This document shows, piece by piece, positions 14,214 through 28,591 of a DNA stretch of 64,000 bases (positions within the stretch are counted from its first letter, which is position 1; the number at the start of each line of letters is the position of its first letter). The translations under genes and the position numbers were made by a program. Source of the stretch: Octopus sinensis (taxonomy: Eukaryota); the NCBI RefSeq assembly GCF_006345805.1, contig NC_043001.1:77190001-77254000 (forward strand), given 5' to 3'. The notes beneath the pieces were generated by a model. It was given only the letters and a program-made list of their open reading frames with translations. It ran no database searches and was not told where the DNA came from.

Positions 14214-17200
14214 ATGTTTGTGTGTCTGTATTTGTCCCCCCAACATCGCTTGACAACCAATGCTGTTTACGTCCTCATAACTTAGTGGTTCAGCAAAAGA
14301 GACCAATAAAATAAGTACTAGGCTTACAAAGAATAAATCCTGGGGTCGATTTGCTCAACTAAAGGTGGTGCCCCAGCATGGCCGCAGTCAAATGACTGAA
14401 ACAAGTAAAGGAATTAAAGAATAAGATATGTTGTGTGTGATGTGTATATGTCTTTCAATGAAACTAATTTCTTTGCTACTTGCTGTTGGTAGAATGACAA
14501 GAATAGTCAAATTTTTGTGGAGAAGTGTAGAAAAGATCAATTTCAATGATAGTTTCAGTTGATTTTCTTTTTATTTCACGGATATATACAATTACAGTTA
14601 AATGTAAATAAACTGGAAATAATTTCCCTTAGTCAATAAGAAACTTGAAAATATATCGTATAGCACAAGGATGTCCGGCCTGCAGGTTGCATTGCAGCCC
14701 ACTTTGTTTTCATGCAGCTTGCTGGCAATTCAGATTCTGTGTTATTTTCTGGTTATATTTTCATTTACTTTGATAATGTATAATGAGAAAATTATTCTCA
14801 GAAGTGCTATTTTGAATGGACCAATGAAAACCTCAATAGAGGGAGATAAAATGAGAGAGGCCATGGGGTTTATGATGTAGAATGGCTGACTCTACATCAT
14901 AGAGTCAGCCATTTGTTGATGCATAATAAACAGCCATTGTTTCAGTTTCAAATCTTTTGTGTTTGGATCAATATTGATTGTATTATTTCTTAATCTTGTT
15001 TACAATGTCAACAGTGGTGCTTCAATTTTTTATAGTTAGGCTAAACCTAATGCTTTATGCAGAAGAACCTTTATTTGTTACTGATTTCTGGAATATTGAT
15101 ATCAGCATGATTACGTAATAATTTTAATTGTTAATTTTAATAGCCTGCTATCTGGTCATGGCATCTGATACCAAGAAGAGAAAAATATGAGTAGAAAAGT
15201 GAAAATTCAATATCCTATGGACAGAAAAATATTTCGTAACTGAAGCATGCAATAATATTATCTGCTTCATATGTAATGATAAAATTGCTGTATGAAAGTA
15301 AAATAATATTAAGTGTCACTATGCTGCCAAACATGAGTCACAATATAATGAATTTAACGGAGAAGGAAGGAAAATGAAAATAGATGAATTGAAGAAGAGG
15401 CTTAGTTCACAACAAAACAATTTCAAAAAACATGTTGAGAAAACTGGTACATGTACAAAAGTTAGTTATTTAATAGCTGAAAAATTGGGTCAGAAGGGTA
15501 AGCCACCATTAGATTGTGAATTAATAAAACAATGCATAGTAGTGTCACCTATAGCCTAGTCACCCATATAGTTAACCAGGTGATACACGAAGGAGTCATA
15601 CCCAATGACTGGTGTAGCAGCATTATAGTCAACTGCTACAAAGGTAAAGGTGATGCTTTAGATACAAATAATTACAGAGGTATCAAGTTATTGGATCAGG
15701 TAATGAAGGCCACGGAGAGGGTCATAGACCAACTAATTAGGGAGAGAGTCAGTTTAGATGAGATGCAGTTTGGGTTCGTGCTAAGGAAAAGCACCACTGA
15801 TGCTATATTTCTGGTAAGACAGCTGCAGGAGAAATACCTAGCCAAAGCTAAACCTCTGTACCTGGCTTTCGTTGACATGGAGAAAGCCTTTGACAGGGTC
15901 CCCCGTTCCCTCATCTGGTGGTCAATGAGGAAACTAGGGATAGCTGAATGGTTAGTGAAAGCTGTGCAAGCCATGTACAGGGACACTGTCAGTAAGGTGA
16001 GGGTTGGCAACAAGTACAGTGAAGAATTCCGAGTAGAGGTAGGTGTCCACCAAGGTTCAGTCCCCTTTTATTTATCATAGTCATCCTGGCAATAACAGAG
16101 GAATTCAAGACAGGATGCCCCTGGGAGCTCCTCTATGCTGATGACCTTGCTCTAATTGCTGAGTCACTATCAGAACTAGAGAAGTTTCAAGTGTGGAAAC
16201 AAGGATTAGAATTGAAGGGCCTTAGAGTCAACCTAGCTAAAACCAAAGTCCTAATAAGTAGGAAGGAAGTCAAACCACAAATCCCTTCTGGTAGATAGCT
16301 CTGCTTGATCTGTGGAAAAGGCGTAAGTACAATCTCCATGAAATATACCCAGTGTAAGCTATGGACACATAAGAGGTGCAGCAATAACAAAGGAAGGCTA
16401 ACTGGGGAGATAGTTTTTGTATGTGGCAGATGCTCAGGAGCAATAAACACTGAAAATGTGCAGAGAACAACTTCCGCCACATTCCAGGGGAAAAAACTAA
16501 AATAGTTGATAGCTTCCGTTACCTAGGTGACCAAGTCAGTAGCGGGGGAGGGTGCATTGAAAGTGTAGCTGCTAGAATAAGAATAGCCTGGGCAAAGTTC
16601 AGAGAGCTCTTACCTCTGCTGGCGACAAAGGGCCTCTCGCTCAGAGTAAAAGGTATACTGTATGACGCGTGTGTACGAACAGCCATGCTACATGGCAGTG
16701 AAACATGGACCATGACCCACTACACTCTCGAAATGTTTGGCGTTAGGAAGGGTATCCAGCTGTAGAAACTCTGCCAGATCAGATTGGAGTCTGGTGCAGC
16801 CATCTGGTTTGCCAGACCTCAGTCAAATCGTCCAACCCATGCTAGCATGGAAAGTGAATGTTAAACGATGATGATGATTGTCCCAAGAAGGTGAACTTAT
16901 TCAATGAAACAAGTTTGTCACGTCAGACAATTGGTAGAGTAATAGATGACTTAGCCAACAGTATTGTGGGTATATTGCAGGCCCAATTATCTAAAAGTGT
17001 TCATTACAGTTTAGCATTGGACGAAAGTACTGATCAAAGTGACACTGCACAGTTGGTTATTTTCATCAGAGGAATTGATGTCAGTTTTAATATCATTAAA
17101 GAAATGTTGGACGTGTGTCATATGAAGGGTACAACAACTGGCAGGGACATAATTGAGCATGTTGATTTATTATTAGAAAAGTTCAATGTTGATAGAAATA

Positions 17201-20200
17201 AAATTAATTTGATTACAACTGATTGTGCTCCTGCATTAACTGGTTAAAATAATGGGTTTATTACTTTATTCAAAGAAATGGTTGATCATGATATACTAAT
17301 TATCATTGCTTGATTAATCAACAGCAATTATGTGCTCAAAAATTAAATATGAAACAGTTGATGACAGATATTGTGAATGTTGTTAATTTTATCAGATCTC
17401 GGGGCTTGAACCATCGTTCATTCAAAGCATACTTGGTAGAAGCTGGTAGTGAGTATGAAGACGTTATTTATTTCTCGAAAGTCAGATAGCTCAGTCAAGC
17501 AGCAACTTTGAATAGATTTCAATTATTGTTGCCTGAAATAAAACAGTTCATGCAAGACAAAAAGCAAAATGTAGATATTTTAGCAAATGAAAAATGGTTG
17601 AATGCATTTGATCACTCTAAACAAATCATTTGTGAAGTTTGTTCAAGAAATTGCAGAAACCTCTTTCTCAGACTACAAAGGACTACCATCATTAAAAATG
17701 AAGGAACGGTAGTGGTGGTAGGTTTTAGCTGAATCGGTAGGGTACCAGAACAATATTTAGTAGTTTTCATTTCTTTACATTCTGAGTTCAAATCCTGTTG
17801 AGGGTGTGAGTATACCTTTCATCTGTCCAGGGTCAATAATTTATAAACTGTATTTTCTAGTGTACAAGTCAATTTACTATATAGTGTAAACATGGAGTGT
17901 CAACATTCAAACATCATTTCTATCTTTCTAAATCTTGTTGCATTTCACATGGAAATTTTGGTCCTCTGAAGTCATCTTGGTGTATAAGTTGACCTAGGCG
18001 TAAGAGTGGCTGTGTGGTAAGTAGCTTGCTTACCAACCAAATGGTTCCGGGTTCAGTCCTACTGGATGGCACCTTGGGCAAATGTCTTCTGCTATAGTCT
18101 TGGGCCGACCAAAGCCTTGTGAGTGGATTTGGTAGACGGAAACTGAAAGAAGCCCGTCATATATATGTATATATACGTATGTATGTGTGTATGTTTGTGT
18201 GTCTGTGTTTGTCCCCCCAATATCGCTTGACAACCGATGCTGGTGTGTTTACATCCCCGTAACTTAGCGGTTCAGCAAAAGAGACTGATAGAATAAGTAC
18301 TAGGCTTACAAAGAATATGTCCTGGGGTCGATTTACTTGACTAAAGGCGGTGCTCCAGCATGGCCACAGTCAAATAACTGAAACAAGTAAAGAGTAACGT
18401 TTTCTGTCTGTAAAGTTTGGTCTGAAAAATTTGACTTGTATGTCAAAAAATACAGTACCAGACTTGATTTAAACTTCCTCTTACAAAACTATGGAGCTAT
18501 GATACATGATGACAGAGAGAAATATTATAAAGTATTGTTGTGTATTATTAGAACTGGATATTACACTCGGTAGAATATGAAATAACATGAGTTGTCTCTA
18601 TAATGTCTTTTCTTTTTTAAGATGTTAGAGTGTAATTTGAGGGGGACTTAACTGCTATTTCTAAGCTGTACAGAAACTCCTCTGTCTTTACTATAGGGTT
18701 GTTTTCAAGTCCCAGGCTTTTTCTGATTGATCCTACTATGATCAAAGCGGTTCCAACCGTAACCATCCTGTCTCTTTTTTCCATTTTCATATCAACAACT
18801 AAACTCACATTCATATATTTCTCTCTGTCATCATGTATCATATCTGTTTTATAGACATGAACATCTAGGGACTTCAGTGTCAAAATCTGAAGGTTGTTGA
18901 ATTTCCTTGGAAAAGTGATGGCAGTGATTTGCCATTGCTTTCTGCTACATTATTTACAGTTTACCCTTCTTGCACTCTGCTCTTCCAAGCTTACTCCTGA
19001 GGCACAGGACCCATTTAAACTTTAGGAAGTGGGACTGGTTCATGTACCATCAGAATACAGCTACATACTTTGTGACACATGTCATGGGTCCAGCTTGCCT
19101 CTGAAGCCCATAAACTTTAGTCACAAGACCATCTTCTACTATTTGACTTATAACAAGAGCCCTTAACAGCTAAGGTACTATCATCGTGGACCAGAGCAGA
19201 ATTGGATGTAGTGATGACTAAAATGTACGTTCATGCTCCCATGAAACTTCTGAACACCCAAGCTGGAGCCAACCAGTGGATGCAGTTTAACCCTTTTACT
19301 ACGGAAAGCATATCCACTCAAAATCTCATTACCGTTTACTGCAGAAAGCAGTTTTATATACCAATCTATCTTTTTTTTTGTGGCTGATGAATGTCATATT
19401 TGAAACTATTTTCTGTTGAGAATATGTCGAGTTTATTGAGGCAATGTGACTTGCAGAAAATACCAATTCTGTGTTTTGGTAAATATTTAATGTCATTACT
19501 GGAAGAACCATGAAATATATTTGGCTATAAAAGACTAGAACAATTGTTAATATTTTCTTGTTCATTAAGGCCATAAGCTTGCAGAATGATAATCAAAATG
19601 CTTAGCAGTATTTCACCTGTCTTTATGTTCTGAGTTCAAATTCTGCTGAGGTCGACTTTGCCTTTCATCCTTTTTGGGGTTGATAAAATAAGTACCAGTT
19701 GAGAACTGGGGTCAATGTAATCAGTTCACCCCTACCCTGATCTTGCTAGCCTTGTATCAATAATATTGAAATCAATATTATCTTGTTCATTGAGGTGGTG
19801 AGCTGGCAGAATTGTAAGTACACTGGGCAAAATGCTCAATGGCATTTCGTCCGTCTTTACATTCTGAGTTCAAATTCTGCTGAGGTTGACTACCTTTTAT
19901 CCTTTCAGGGTCAATAAATAAGTACAAATTGAGCACTGGGGTCAAAATAATCAATTCACCCCACCCCTGATTTTACTGACCTTGTACCAAAATTTACAAC
20001 TAATATTATCTTCATTATTTACATTATCTACATTCAACGGATATTTGTTCTCATCTTGTTTGTTGTTAACACAGCGTTTCGGCTGATATAACCTTCAGTC
20101 TTCTTCGTGTGTCTTGGGGAAATTTCGAACCTGGGTTCTTATTTCTAAGGTATTTTTCGATGTTATTATTATTGTTATTGTTCAGGTCACTGCTTGGAAT

Positions 20201-21469
20201 CGAACTTGGAATCTTGGGGTTAGTAGCCCGTGCTCTTAATCACTACACCATATGTAATATTATCTTTTTCATTTGTTTCTTTAGGCTATGACAGAAGAAT
20301 GGAACTCACACAGTTTTCTGTTGGAGTGTGTGTGCAATATGTTAATCCTGGACCATAACCACTATGCCAAGGTAAACAACCAAAATGTAATATTTGATCC
20401 TTCACTGAACCCTTTATTGGCTACACTTAATCTTAACTCCTTCCAGTTAACACTCACGCGATCCCTAAAACCTTGTCTCTGGTCTTCCATTACACCTCTA
20501 TGATTTATTGTCTTTAACCTGTTGGCATTTCACCCTCTAGCGTTCAGATTACTTTATCAAATATAATGCTTATTTATTTACATTATTTTGAATTAATCAT
20601 GCATTATTATCTTGAAGCTTTGAGATTTTGATGAAGTGACTGTTTATTTTTAAAATGTTTTAACAAGTAGAATATTTGGGCTAGATACAGACGGTTTAAA
20701 TGCTAATGGATTAAACCAACCATATTCAGTTCAAATATTCCACCTGTTTTATGTTCAAACTGTCCATATCCAGCCTCTCACACCTACCCTACAATGTCAT
20801 TCTAAAAATAAGCAATCACATCATTGAAATTTTACAGTTATTAGATAATTCATAAATAGTTCCAAACAATGTGAATAAATAAGAATTACATTTGGCAGAG
20901 TACTCTGAATGTTAAAGGATTAGACTGGCCATATCTAGACCAAATATTGTACCTGTTTTATGTTTAAACTGACCAGGTCAGGCCTCTCACATCTACCCTA
21001 CCAATGTCAATCTAAAAATAAACAATCACATCATTGAAATCTTAAAGGTACAAGATAGTGCATGATTAATTGAAAGAATTGTGAATAAATAGGCATTACA
21101 TTCGACAGTGATTGTCCACTCAAAGACTAAGGCTGTTTCTCATGGATTAAATTTCTGGCAGCTGTGAGACAGGCCCTGTTTATCTAGGACCACACATACC
21201 TTTGGAGCTATCTACTTCAACAAAGATGGTGAGGTTAGGATAAATGCATTACATTTGACAGAGTAACTCTTAGTTAGGGTGACTGGTTTATGTGAAATCA
21301 ATGCACAGCCATACATTGCCAGGGCTGTGTATTATGTCTAAAGGTCAGTCTTCTTTTGAAACTTGTTTGGCTCAACCAAAGGATGATCTTCTCCTTTTTG
21401 ACCCATAACTACCCTGATGTTTAGCCATCAAACCATGTAGCTAGAAATTTGTTGGAGTGATTATCTGCC

Positions 21470-21502
<33 letters not shown>

Positions 21503-21735
21503 TATTTGCCATTAGTTTGTTTAATTATCTATCAGTCCCTCTGAATATCTAAACACCTGTCTGTTAATATGTCTGTCTCTGTGTCTGTCTGTCTGCCTGT
21601 CTCTGTGTGTTTGTCTGTCTGCTTCTTTATCTAATTAGGCATCAGTCTGTCTAACTATCCATCCACTCATCCAGCCCTCTCCCTATCTGCCTCACATTGA
21701 CTAAGTACCATTCTATTCATCCACCCATCTAAATT

Positions 21736-21787
<52 letters not shown>

Positions 21788-24700
21788 CCATTTTGTTTTA
21801 CCCTGCTCCTGTTAGATACAGTACAACTGTATATTCCTCTGATAAATCTTTAGTGGAGATGCATGGCTTAGTGGTTAGGGTGTTGGACTCAAGATCGTAA
21901 GATTGTGCTTTCAATTCCTGGACCGGGCGACACATTGTGTTCTTGAGCACAACACTTCATTTCACATTGCTCCAGTCCACACATCTAGCAAGAATGAATA
22001 ATCCTGTGATGGATTGGCGTCCCATCCAGGTGGGAAATATATTCATCATGAAACCAAGAAACCAGCCCTTACGAGTCAGCATGACTTGAGAAAGAAACAT
22101 TATCTTTTGTGGAGGCATGTGGCTTAGTGGTTAGGGTGTCGAACTCATGATTGTAAGATTGTGGTTTTGTTTCCTGGACTGGGTGATGGTTTGTGTTCTT
22201 GAGCAAAACACTTCATTTGATGTTGCTTCAGTCCACTCGGCTGGCAAAAACGAATAATACTGTGACTGACTGGCGTCCCATCCAGGTGAGGTATATATAT
22301 ATGCCATGAAACTGGGAAAGCAACCCTTATGAGTCAGTATGACTCGAGAAAGAAACTTTACCATTGGTAGAGGCATGTGGCTTAGTGGTTACAGTGTTGG
22401 ACTCATGATTGTAAGATTGTGGTTTCAATTCCTGGTCTGGGTGATGGGTTGTGTTCTTGAGCAAAACACTTCATCTCACGTTGCTCCAGTCTGCTCAGCT
22501 GACAAAAATGAGTAAATCTATGACAAACTGATGTCCTATCCAGGTGGAGAATGTACGCATGATGAAACTGAGAAAACAGCCCTCACGAGTCAGTATGACT
22601 CAAAAAGGTAACTTTATCTAACTTAGTTATAACTCCTACTCTCCCTACAACCATGACTACTACTCTTGTTATTTTTTTTCTTCCAGCTACACAGCATGAT
22701 AGCACCAAACATTGAACAGTGGGCGCAGTTATATGCCAAGAATGAGACTATTCCACCAAATATTCAGGATATGTTTATTACTGTAAGTTAGTGGAGTAGA
22801 CATGGGGCCAACATGTTGGCTCCATGAACCTTTCTGTTCGTTTTGTTTACTCGTTGTTGTCATAGTTGTAGTGATCGGTGTTGTTAGATGTTGTTGCAGT
22901 TGATGATGATTATGATGATGATGATAGCGATGTTGATGGTGATGTTGATGATGGTGATGGTACTCATGAGGATGACGATGATGATGATGATGATAGCGAT
23001 ATTGATGGTGATGTTGATGATGGTGATGGTACTCATGAGAATGACGATGATGATGATCGTCATGATGATGATGATAGTGATGATGACAATTGTGGTGTTG
23101 TTGATGACGACAGTGATGATGATGATAGTAATGTTGATGATAGTGATGATGATAATAATGATAGTGATGTTTATGATGATGATGGTTGTGATGTGTGATG
23201 GTTGTGATGTAGATGATGATGATAGTGATGTTGATGCTGCTGATGACAGCGATGATGATGATGATGATGATGATGACTGAAGATTGTGATGATGATGATA
23301 TTATTGATGATAGTGATGATGATGATAATGGTGATAATGATGATACTGTCATAATTGCTATCGTTGATGTTGATCGCAATGTTGTTGATATTGTTCCTGT
23401 AGTAGCAGCAGCTGTTGTTGTTATTGTTGTTCCCTGTGTATATTTGTTTCCCCTCTTACATTATATTTAGGGAGCTGATCTACATAACTACACAGACACA
23501 GAAGACGACGAGATGATTAAACTAGGCACACTCTATAATGAGAGCAAAATAACATCTTTTCCCATACAAAGATCAACTGATATTAACGAACCAGTTTTTA
23601 CAAAACGTCCAGGTAAGTTTTGAATTTAGTTTCACAATCTTCAGACAAATTGTTCATGTTGTGGTTGCTGTAGGCATTGTTGTTGTTGTTGTGAGTATTG
23701 TGATTGTTGTTATTGTTACGAAGGAAAAATATTCTGATAATATTGGGAGGAGTAGCTGTATGGTAAGTAGCTTGCTTACCAACCACATGGTTCCAGGTTC
23801 AGTCCCACTGTGTGGTACCTTGGGCAAGTGTCTTCTACTATAGCCTCGGGCCGACCAAAGCCTTGTGGGTGGATTTGGTAGATGGAAACTGAAAGAAGCC
23901 TGTCGTATATATGTATATATATGTATATGTATGTGTGTGTGTATATGTTTGTATGTCTGTGTCTGTTCCCCAACATCACTTTACAACCGATGCTGGTGTG
24001 TTTATGTCCCCATAACTTAACAGTTCGGCAAAAGAGACCGATAAAATAAGTACTAGGCTTACAAAGAATAAGTCCTGGGGTCGATTTGCTCAACTAAAAA
24101 GGTGGTGCTCCGGCATGGCCACTGTCAAATGACTGAAACAAGTGAAAGTAAAAAAATAAAGTGATAAATTTAATTTTAAATGGTACTTCTCGAAATTGAA
24201 ATACTGTTCTCTAGTTCTACAAAAGAAAACCAATAATTTATCAATAATTAATTCTAGTGCTCATTGATTACATGACCGATATAAAGCACGCTGCACATTT
24301 TATTTTGCATGCTTTTTACTGTGAGGGGAACTATATAAACTCGTTAGTGAACACTTGAGGAGAGTTGGTGATGTGAATTGTCAGGGTGAAGTTGGCAATG
24401 AAGACAGTGAGAGAAAAGATGTGACATGACCAGTCTAAGTGAATCAGGCAATGAAGAACCACATTACACAAGACATCCAGCTGGGTACGACTACTTCTTT
24501 CACAAGTTGGCTTGCTGGGCTGGCCTGCAGTTCTCTCAAGCTGCTGACTTGGCTGTTGGAGCTGTGTTTTATGTGAGGAGGCTGCATTTTGCAACATTAT
24601 TGTTGTTGATGTGATTTTTGTTATTGCGATTGTTTGTTTTTTTGAGTGTTGCTATTACGAGTATTCTTGTTAAGGTGGTGAGCTGGTAGATTTGTTAGCA

Positions 24701-27700
24701 CGCTGGGCAAAATGCTTAGCGGTATTTCGTCTGCCGCTATGTTCTGAGTTCAAATTCCGCCTTGGTTGACTTTACCTTTCATCCTTTCGGGGTCGATAAA
24801 AATTGGTACCAGTTACGCACTGGGGTCGATGTAATCGACTTAATCCGTTTGTCAGTCCTTGTTTGTCCCCTCTATGTTCAACCCCTTGTGGGTAGTAAAG
24901 AAATAGGTATTTCATCTTTTGCTACAATCTGAGTTCAATTCTGCTGAGATCGACTTTGCCTGTCATTCTTTCGGGGTTGATGAAATAAGTACCAGTTATT
25001 CACTGGAGTCAATGTAATCAACTAGCCTCCCCCCCCCCAAAAAAAATTTTCAAGGCCTTGTGCCTAGAGTAGAAATAATTATGTTTGTTGTTGTTATCAT
25101 TTTTATTGTTGTTGATGTGCTTGTTGTTGTGGTGCCGGTGACACATAAAAGGTACCTGCTACACTTTTGGAGTGGTTGGCATTAGGGAGGCCATCCAGCC
25201 ATAGAAACCAAGTCAAAATCAGGCTGGAACCTGGTATAGCTTTCAGCTTCCTAGTTCCAGTTGAACCTTCATGGAAAGTGGATGCTAAATGATGGTGGTT
25301 GTTGAGATTGTTGTGTTGTTGTTGTGATTGTCTTTGTCCTTCCAGTTGTGGTTCACAGAATCTTTCTTTCCCCACTCACATGTATACGTGCCATTTCTCA
25401 CACACTCATTCCCTCATCCACACACACACACACACACAAATGCTCCCTTTCTCTTCCTCACATCATACTCGCTTTCCTCACTCACTCTCCCTCACCAACA
25501 TACTCTCTACTTCTCTCTCCCTCCCTCCCTTCTTCTTCCTCACTCACTCACTCACTCTCTCTATGCACTAGGCAATATAGTATATTCAAGGAACTCAGGC
25601 AACCCAGTACCTGACGAAGTGAAGGCATATGTACAAGCCATGCACCGTCATGAAGCTACAAGTGACTCCCAACTGAGTTTTCAAGAGAATGACACAATAC
25701 AGTTGGTTGGAGAAAAGTCAGAAGGCTGGCACTACGGTTTCAACCTCAATAGCAAAAAGTAAGTTCTTTTATTTTTATTCATTCATGACTACAATGCATT
25801 GTCTAGGAGAAAGAGTTATATAAGTGAAGGAAGAGGAGAGAAAATAGTAATTCAGTGAAGGAGAAGTAGTGAGAGTAATAGCCGTGACTGAGAGAAAGTA
25901 ATAGCAATGAGAGAAAGGAAGTGGCAAAGAGCGTGTCGTGTATCTTCTGTTTTTTCTTCGTCACAACATATGAATGTGAAAGGAAGGGGTGATAGATGAA
26001 TAATGAAGGAAGGGTGAAAAAGAATTAGTATTTCAACTCTGTGTGAGTATACGTGTGTATATGTAAAAGGGAGGTATATGAATGTTTGTTTGTGTGTATG
26101 TGTGTGTGTGTGCAATGGAAATGGGATGGTGAACGTTTAATGCTGAAAAGAAAACTCAAACAGAAACTGAAAGAAGCCTGTCTTCTACTTAAGTTTCAAG
26201 CAAATATACATTGATTTTAGTTAGGAAGAGCATACTTTTTGGCAGCATCAGATGTTCATTAAGCTGAAGAATAGTATAATCAGTGTGTATGTGTGTGTGG
26301 TCTTTATATTGTCTTAGATTATAAGAGGGCTTCTTAAGTTCCATGCATTTGTATGTTGATTTTACTCAAGAAGAGCACAGTTTTTGATGGCAACAACTAT
26401 TCATCAAGCTCAAGAACAATACAGTAGAATGTATATACTTCTGCATGTGTGTATGTAGACATACGTACATACATGCATTCATACATACATACATACGTAC
26501 ATACATTTGTATATACGTACATACATATAGATATACATACACATGTATATATTAATAGATGTGTGTATTTTTCCCTTGTTAACAATTAACACAATATATA
26601 TCATCATCATCATCATTTAACGTCCGCTTTCCATGCTAGCATGGGTTGGACGGTTCAACTGGGGTCTGGGGAGCCCGAAAGCTGCACCAGTCCAGTCAGA
26701 TCTGGCAGTGTTTCTACAGCTGGATGCCCTTCCTAACGCCAACCACTCCGAGAGTGTAGTGGGTGATTTTATGTGCCACCGACTCAGGTGCCAGACGAGG
26801 CTGGCAAACGGCCACGCTCGGATGGTGTTTTTTATGTGCCACCGACACAGGTGCCAGACGAGGCTGGCAGATGGCCACGCTCGGATGGTGTTTTTTATGT
26901 GCCACCGACACAGGTGCCAGACGAGGCTGGCAGACGGCCACGCTCGGATGGTGTTTTTATGTGCCACCGACACAGGTGCCAGACGAGGCTGGCAGATGGC
27001 CACGCTCGGATGGTGTTTTTATGTGCCACCGACACAGGTGCCAGATGAGGCTGGCAAACAGCCACGATCGGATGGTGCTTGTTATGTGCCCACAGCACGA
27101 GCAGGAGCGCAGTCGATGCGGTACTGGCTACGGCCACGTTTGGATGGTTTTCTTATGTGCCCCGTGCCACGGCACTGGTACCACAAAGATACAAATTCCA
27201 TTGATGTTCATCTATTTTGATTTGTTTTGATTTTCACTTGCCTCAGCAGGTCTTCAGAAGTGTCACAAGAAGGAAGGTATGCACAGGTGGACTGACTACG
27301 TCCCAGGTAGGGGCCATGGGTTATGGCCTGACTAGTCTTGCCGGGTCTTCGGATGGTGTTTTTATGTGCCACCGACACAGGTGCTAGATGAGGCTGGCGA
27401 ACGGCCACGATCGGATGGTGTTTGTCATGTGCCCACCGCACTGACTACAGCACTGATGGATTTCTTGTGTGCCACAGGCACTGGTACCACAAGATACAAA
27501 TTCCATTGATGTTCATCTATTTTGTCTATTTTGATTTGATTTTGATTTTCACTTGCCTCAACCGGTCTTCACAAGTGTCACAAGAAGGAAGGTATGCACA
27601 GGTGGACTGACTAGTCTTGCCGGGTCTTCGGAAGGTGTTTTTATGTGCCACCGACACAGGTGCCAGATGAGGCTGGCGAACGGCCATGATCGGATGGTGT

Positions 27701-28537
27701 TTGTTACGTGCCCACAGCACGGAGGCCGGTCGATGCGGAACTGGCTACGGCCACGTTCGGATGGTTCTCTTGTGTGCCACCGGCACTGGTACCACAAAGT
27801 GTGTGCCACCGGACACTGGTACCACAAAGATACAGATTCCATTGATGTTCATCTATTTTGATTTGTTTTGATTTTCACTGCCTCAACAGGTCTTCACAAG
27901 TGTCACAAGAAGGAAGGCATGCACAGGTGGACTGACTACGTCCCAGGTAGGGGCATGGGTTATGGCCTGACTAGTCTTGCCGGGTCTTCGGATGGTGGTT
28001 TTTATGTGCCACCGACACAGGTGCTAGATGAGGCTGGCGAACGGCCACGATCGGATGGTGTTTGTCATGTGCCCAAGCACGGAGGCCAGTCGATGCGGTA
28101 TGGCTACGGCCACTTTCGGATGTTTTCTCTTGTGTGCCACCGGCACTGGTACCACAAAGATACAAATTCCATTGATGTTCATCTATTTTGATTTGTTTTG
28201 ATTTGATTTTGATTTTGATTTTCACTTGCCTCAACAGGCCTTCACAAGTATCACAAGGAGGAAGGTATGCACAGGTGGACTATATATATATATATGTATA
28301 AAAAATATATATAAAAATACAAAATGGGACAAGAACGCAAAACACTCAAATAGGCAACACAAAAAATGGACGGGTCATTCGAAGCCTCTAATCTTCAGTC
28401 AAGAACCGGATTCCTCGCAATTTCGGCTGATTAATCTTGAGATCGCCTATTTGAGTGTTTTGCGTTCTTGTCCCATTTTGTATTTTTATTATATTTTTTA
28501 TACATATATTATTGCGGCATAACGTACACCTTGTTCT

Positions 28538-28591
<54 letters not shown>

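Noticed and set aside
14881-14913. Perfect 14-bp stem-loop
   Set aside because: It lies in the hAT subterminal region and is too short for a miRNA precursor.
21105-21232. Candidate IMD exon (LNFWQL)
   Set aside because: It has in-frame stops, and 22687-22782 fits length, phase and motifs better.
26765-28280. CRISPR-like appearance of regular repeats and 21-aa repeat ORFs
   Set aside because: The units are contiguous with no unique spacers, there are no cas genes, and the context is eukaryotic intron.
28380-28450. Hammerhead from CTGAAGA and GAAA on minus
   Set aside because: The order and stems could not be fitted to a consistent type I, II or III fold.
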